A stretch of DNA of 64,000 nucleotides from Lingula anatina. Lineage: Eukaryota > Animalia > Brachiopoda. Under the pieces are notes generated by a model. That model saw only the letters and a program-made list of their open reading frames with translations. It did no database searches and was not told the DNA's origin. Location: the NCBI GenBank assembly GCA_051362555.1, contig CM120642.1:18848001-18912000 (forward strand). Reading direction: 5' to 3'. Made by a program: the position numbers and the translations under genes. This document shows positions 62,917-64,000 of the stretch, piece after piece. The first letter of the stretch is position 1, and every line of letters starts with the position of its first letter.

Positions 62917-63339
62917 AAACAAGACAGCACTGTTCTGAAATGGGTTTATTTCCATTTTTAACACTTTTTTAACATAAAACAAAATAAACATTTTACTGCC
63001 ATTTTTATATGACCAACTAAAAAAATTGATGAGATGGGAAAAGTATCAATAGAACAGTGTTAAATGTCCAATTTCCTCCATTCTGAGATTCTGAACATAG
63101 TGGATGATTGAATCTGACAAACTGCAATGATATGAGTTTATTTCCATTTTTGACACTTTATTACACAATACATGATAACAAGTTTACCATGTTTTTTACA
63201 TAATCAACTAACAATGTTGTAAAGATGCAGGAAATATCAAACAAACACTTTTAGGCATCTTATTAGTTAAATAATGAGACTGTTAACATGCTTAAGAATT
63301 GAATCTGAGGAAATGTGAAAAAAACAGTATAACTTCTAA

Positions 63340-64000
63340 AATAATGGCCCGATTATGCTGATTTTCGAACTCAACCTGCGTTTTAGTAAGATTGACCACT
63401 CCTGTGAGTATAATTACAATTGGCCAATCCGTTTTTCTTATATTGTGTTATCAGTGTTGCATTTATATTGAAATAGTGAAAAAACAGCATAAATTCCCTC
63501 AAAATAGCCCAATCATGCTGATTTTCGAACTTGACCTGCGTATTATGAATATTCATCAGTTCTGTAAGTTTCAAGTCAAAAGGTGAAATGGTTTTCCACT
63601 TATGGTGTTATCGGTGCTGCATATATGCTGAAAAAAGTGAAAAAACAGCATAAATTACCTAAAAGTGACCCGATCATGCTGATTTTCGAACTTGACCTGC
63701 GTATTATGAATATTCATCAGTTCTGTAAGTTTCAAGTCAAAAGGTAAAATGGTTTTCCACTTATCGTGTTATCGGTGCTGCATATATGCTGAAAAAAGTG
63801 AAAAAACTGCATAAATTCCCTAAAAGTGACCCGATCATGCTGATTTTCGAACTTGACCTGCGTATTATGAATATTCATCAGTTCTGTAAGTTTCAAGTCA
63901 AAAGGTAAAATGGTTTTCCACTTATCGTGTTATCGGTGCTGCATATATGCTGAAAAAAGTGAAAAAACTGCATAAATTCCCTAAAAGTGACCCGATCATG
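63340..64000. repeat. 161-bp tandem repeat array (satellite-like), runs off right edge
   Basis: gatcatg of cccgatcatg recurs at 63672, 63833 and 63994 (period 161). Unit contains atgctgattttcgaacttgacctgcg and aagtttcaagtcaaaagg; leftmost copies are more degenerate. Confidence 0.92.

Overview
AT-rich, intron-containing animal genomic DNA, probably from a lophotrochozoan invertebrate (inferred from gene and repeat content, not established). There are no prokaryotic features. (1) ANKRD50 lies on the minus strand: a large coding exon (ATG at 1739, running off the left edge) encodes the NACHT-like P-loop NTPase domain and the first ankyrin repeats. It has a candidate non-coding exon at 16962-17069 and a candidate first exon/promoter at ~34988-35155, implying ~33 kb of 5'UTR introns full of MITEs, LINE remnants and microsatellites. 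(2) Divergent from it is a 7-exon, 327-aa selenoprotein J / J1-crystallin-like ADP-ribosylglycohydrolase-family gene (36318-44402, +) with Cys instead of Sec. (3) Two tandem TRIM genes with intronless CDS (RING-Bbox1-Bbox2-coiled coil-NHL, 636 aa each, minus strand) diverge patchily: near-identical RING/B-box1, a coiled coil only ~47% identical, and substitutions clustered in NHL loops. (4) The right edge has a probable terminal exon of an unidentified minus-strand gene at ~62092 and a 161-bp tandem array. The most interesting lead is the diversifying TRIM-NHL pair with independently duplicated 5' modules and IRF-like motifs. All comparisons were made by eye; no database search was run.
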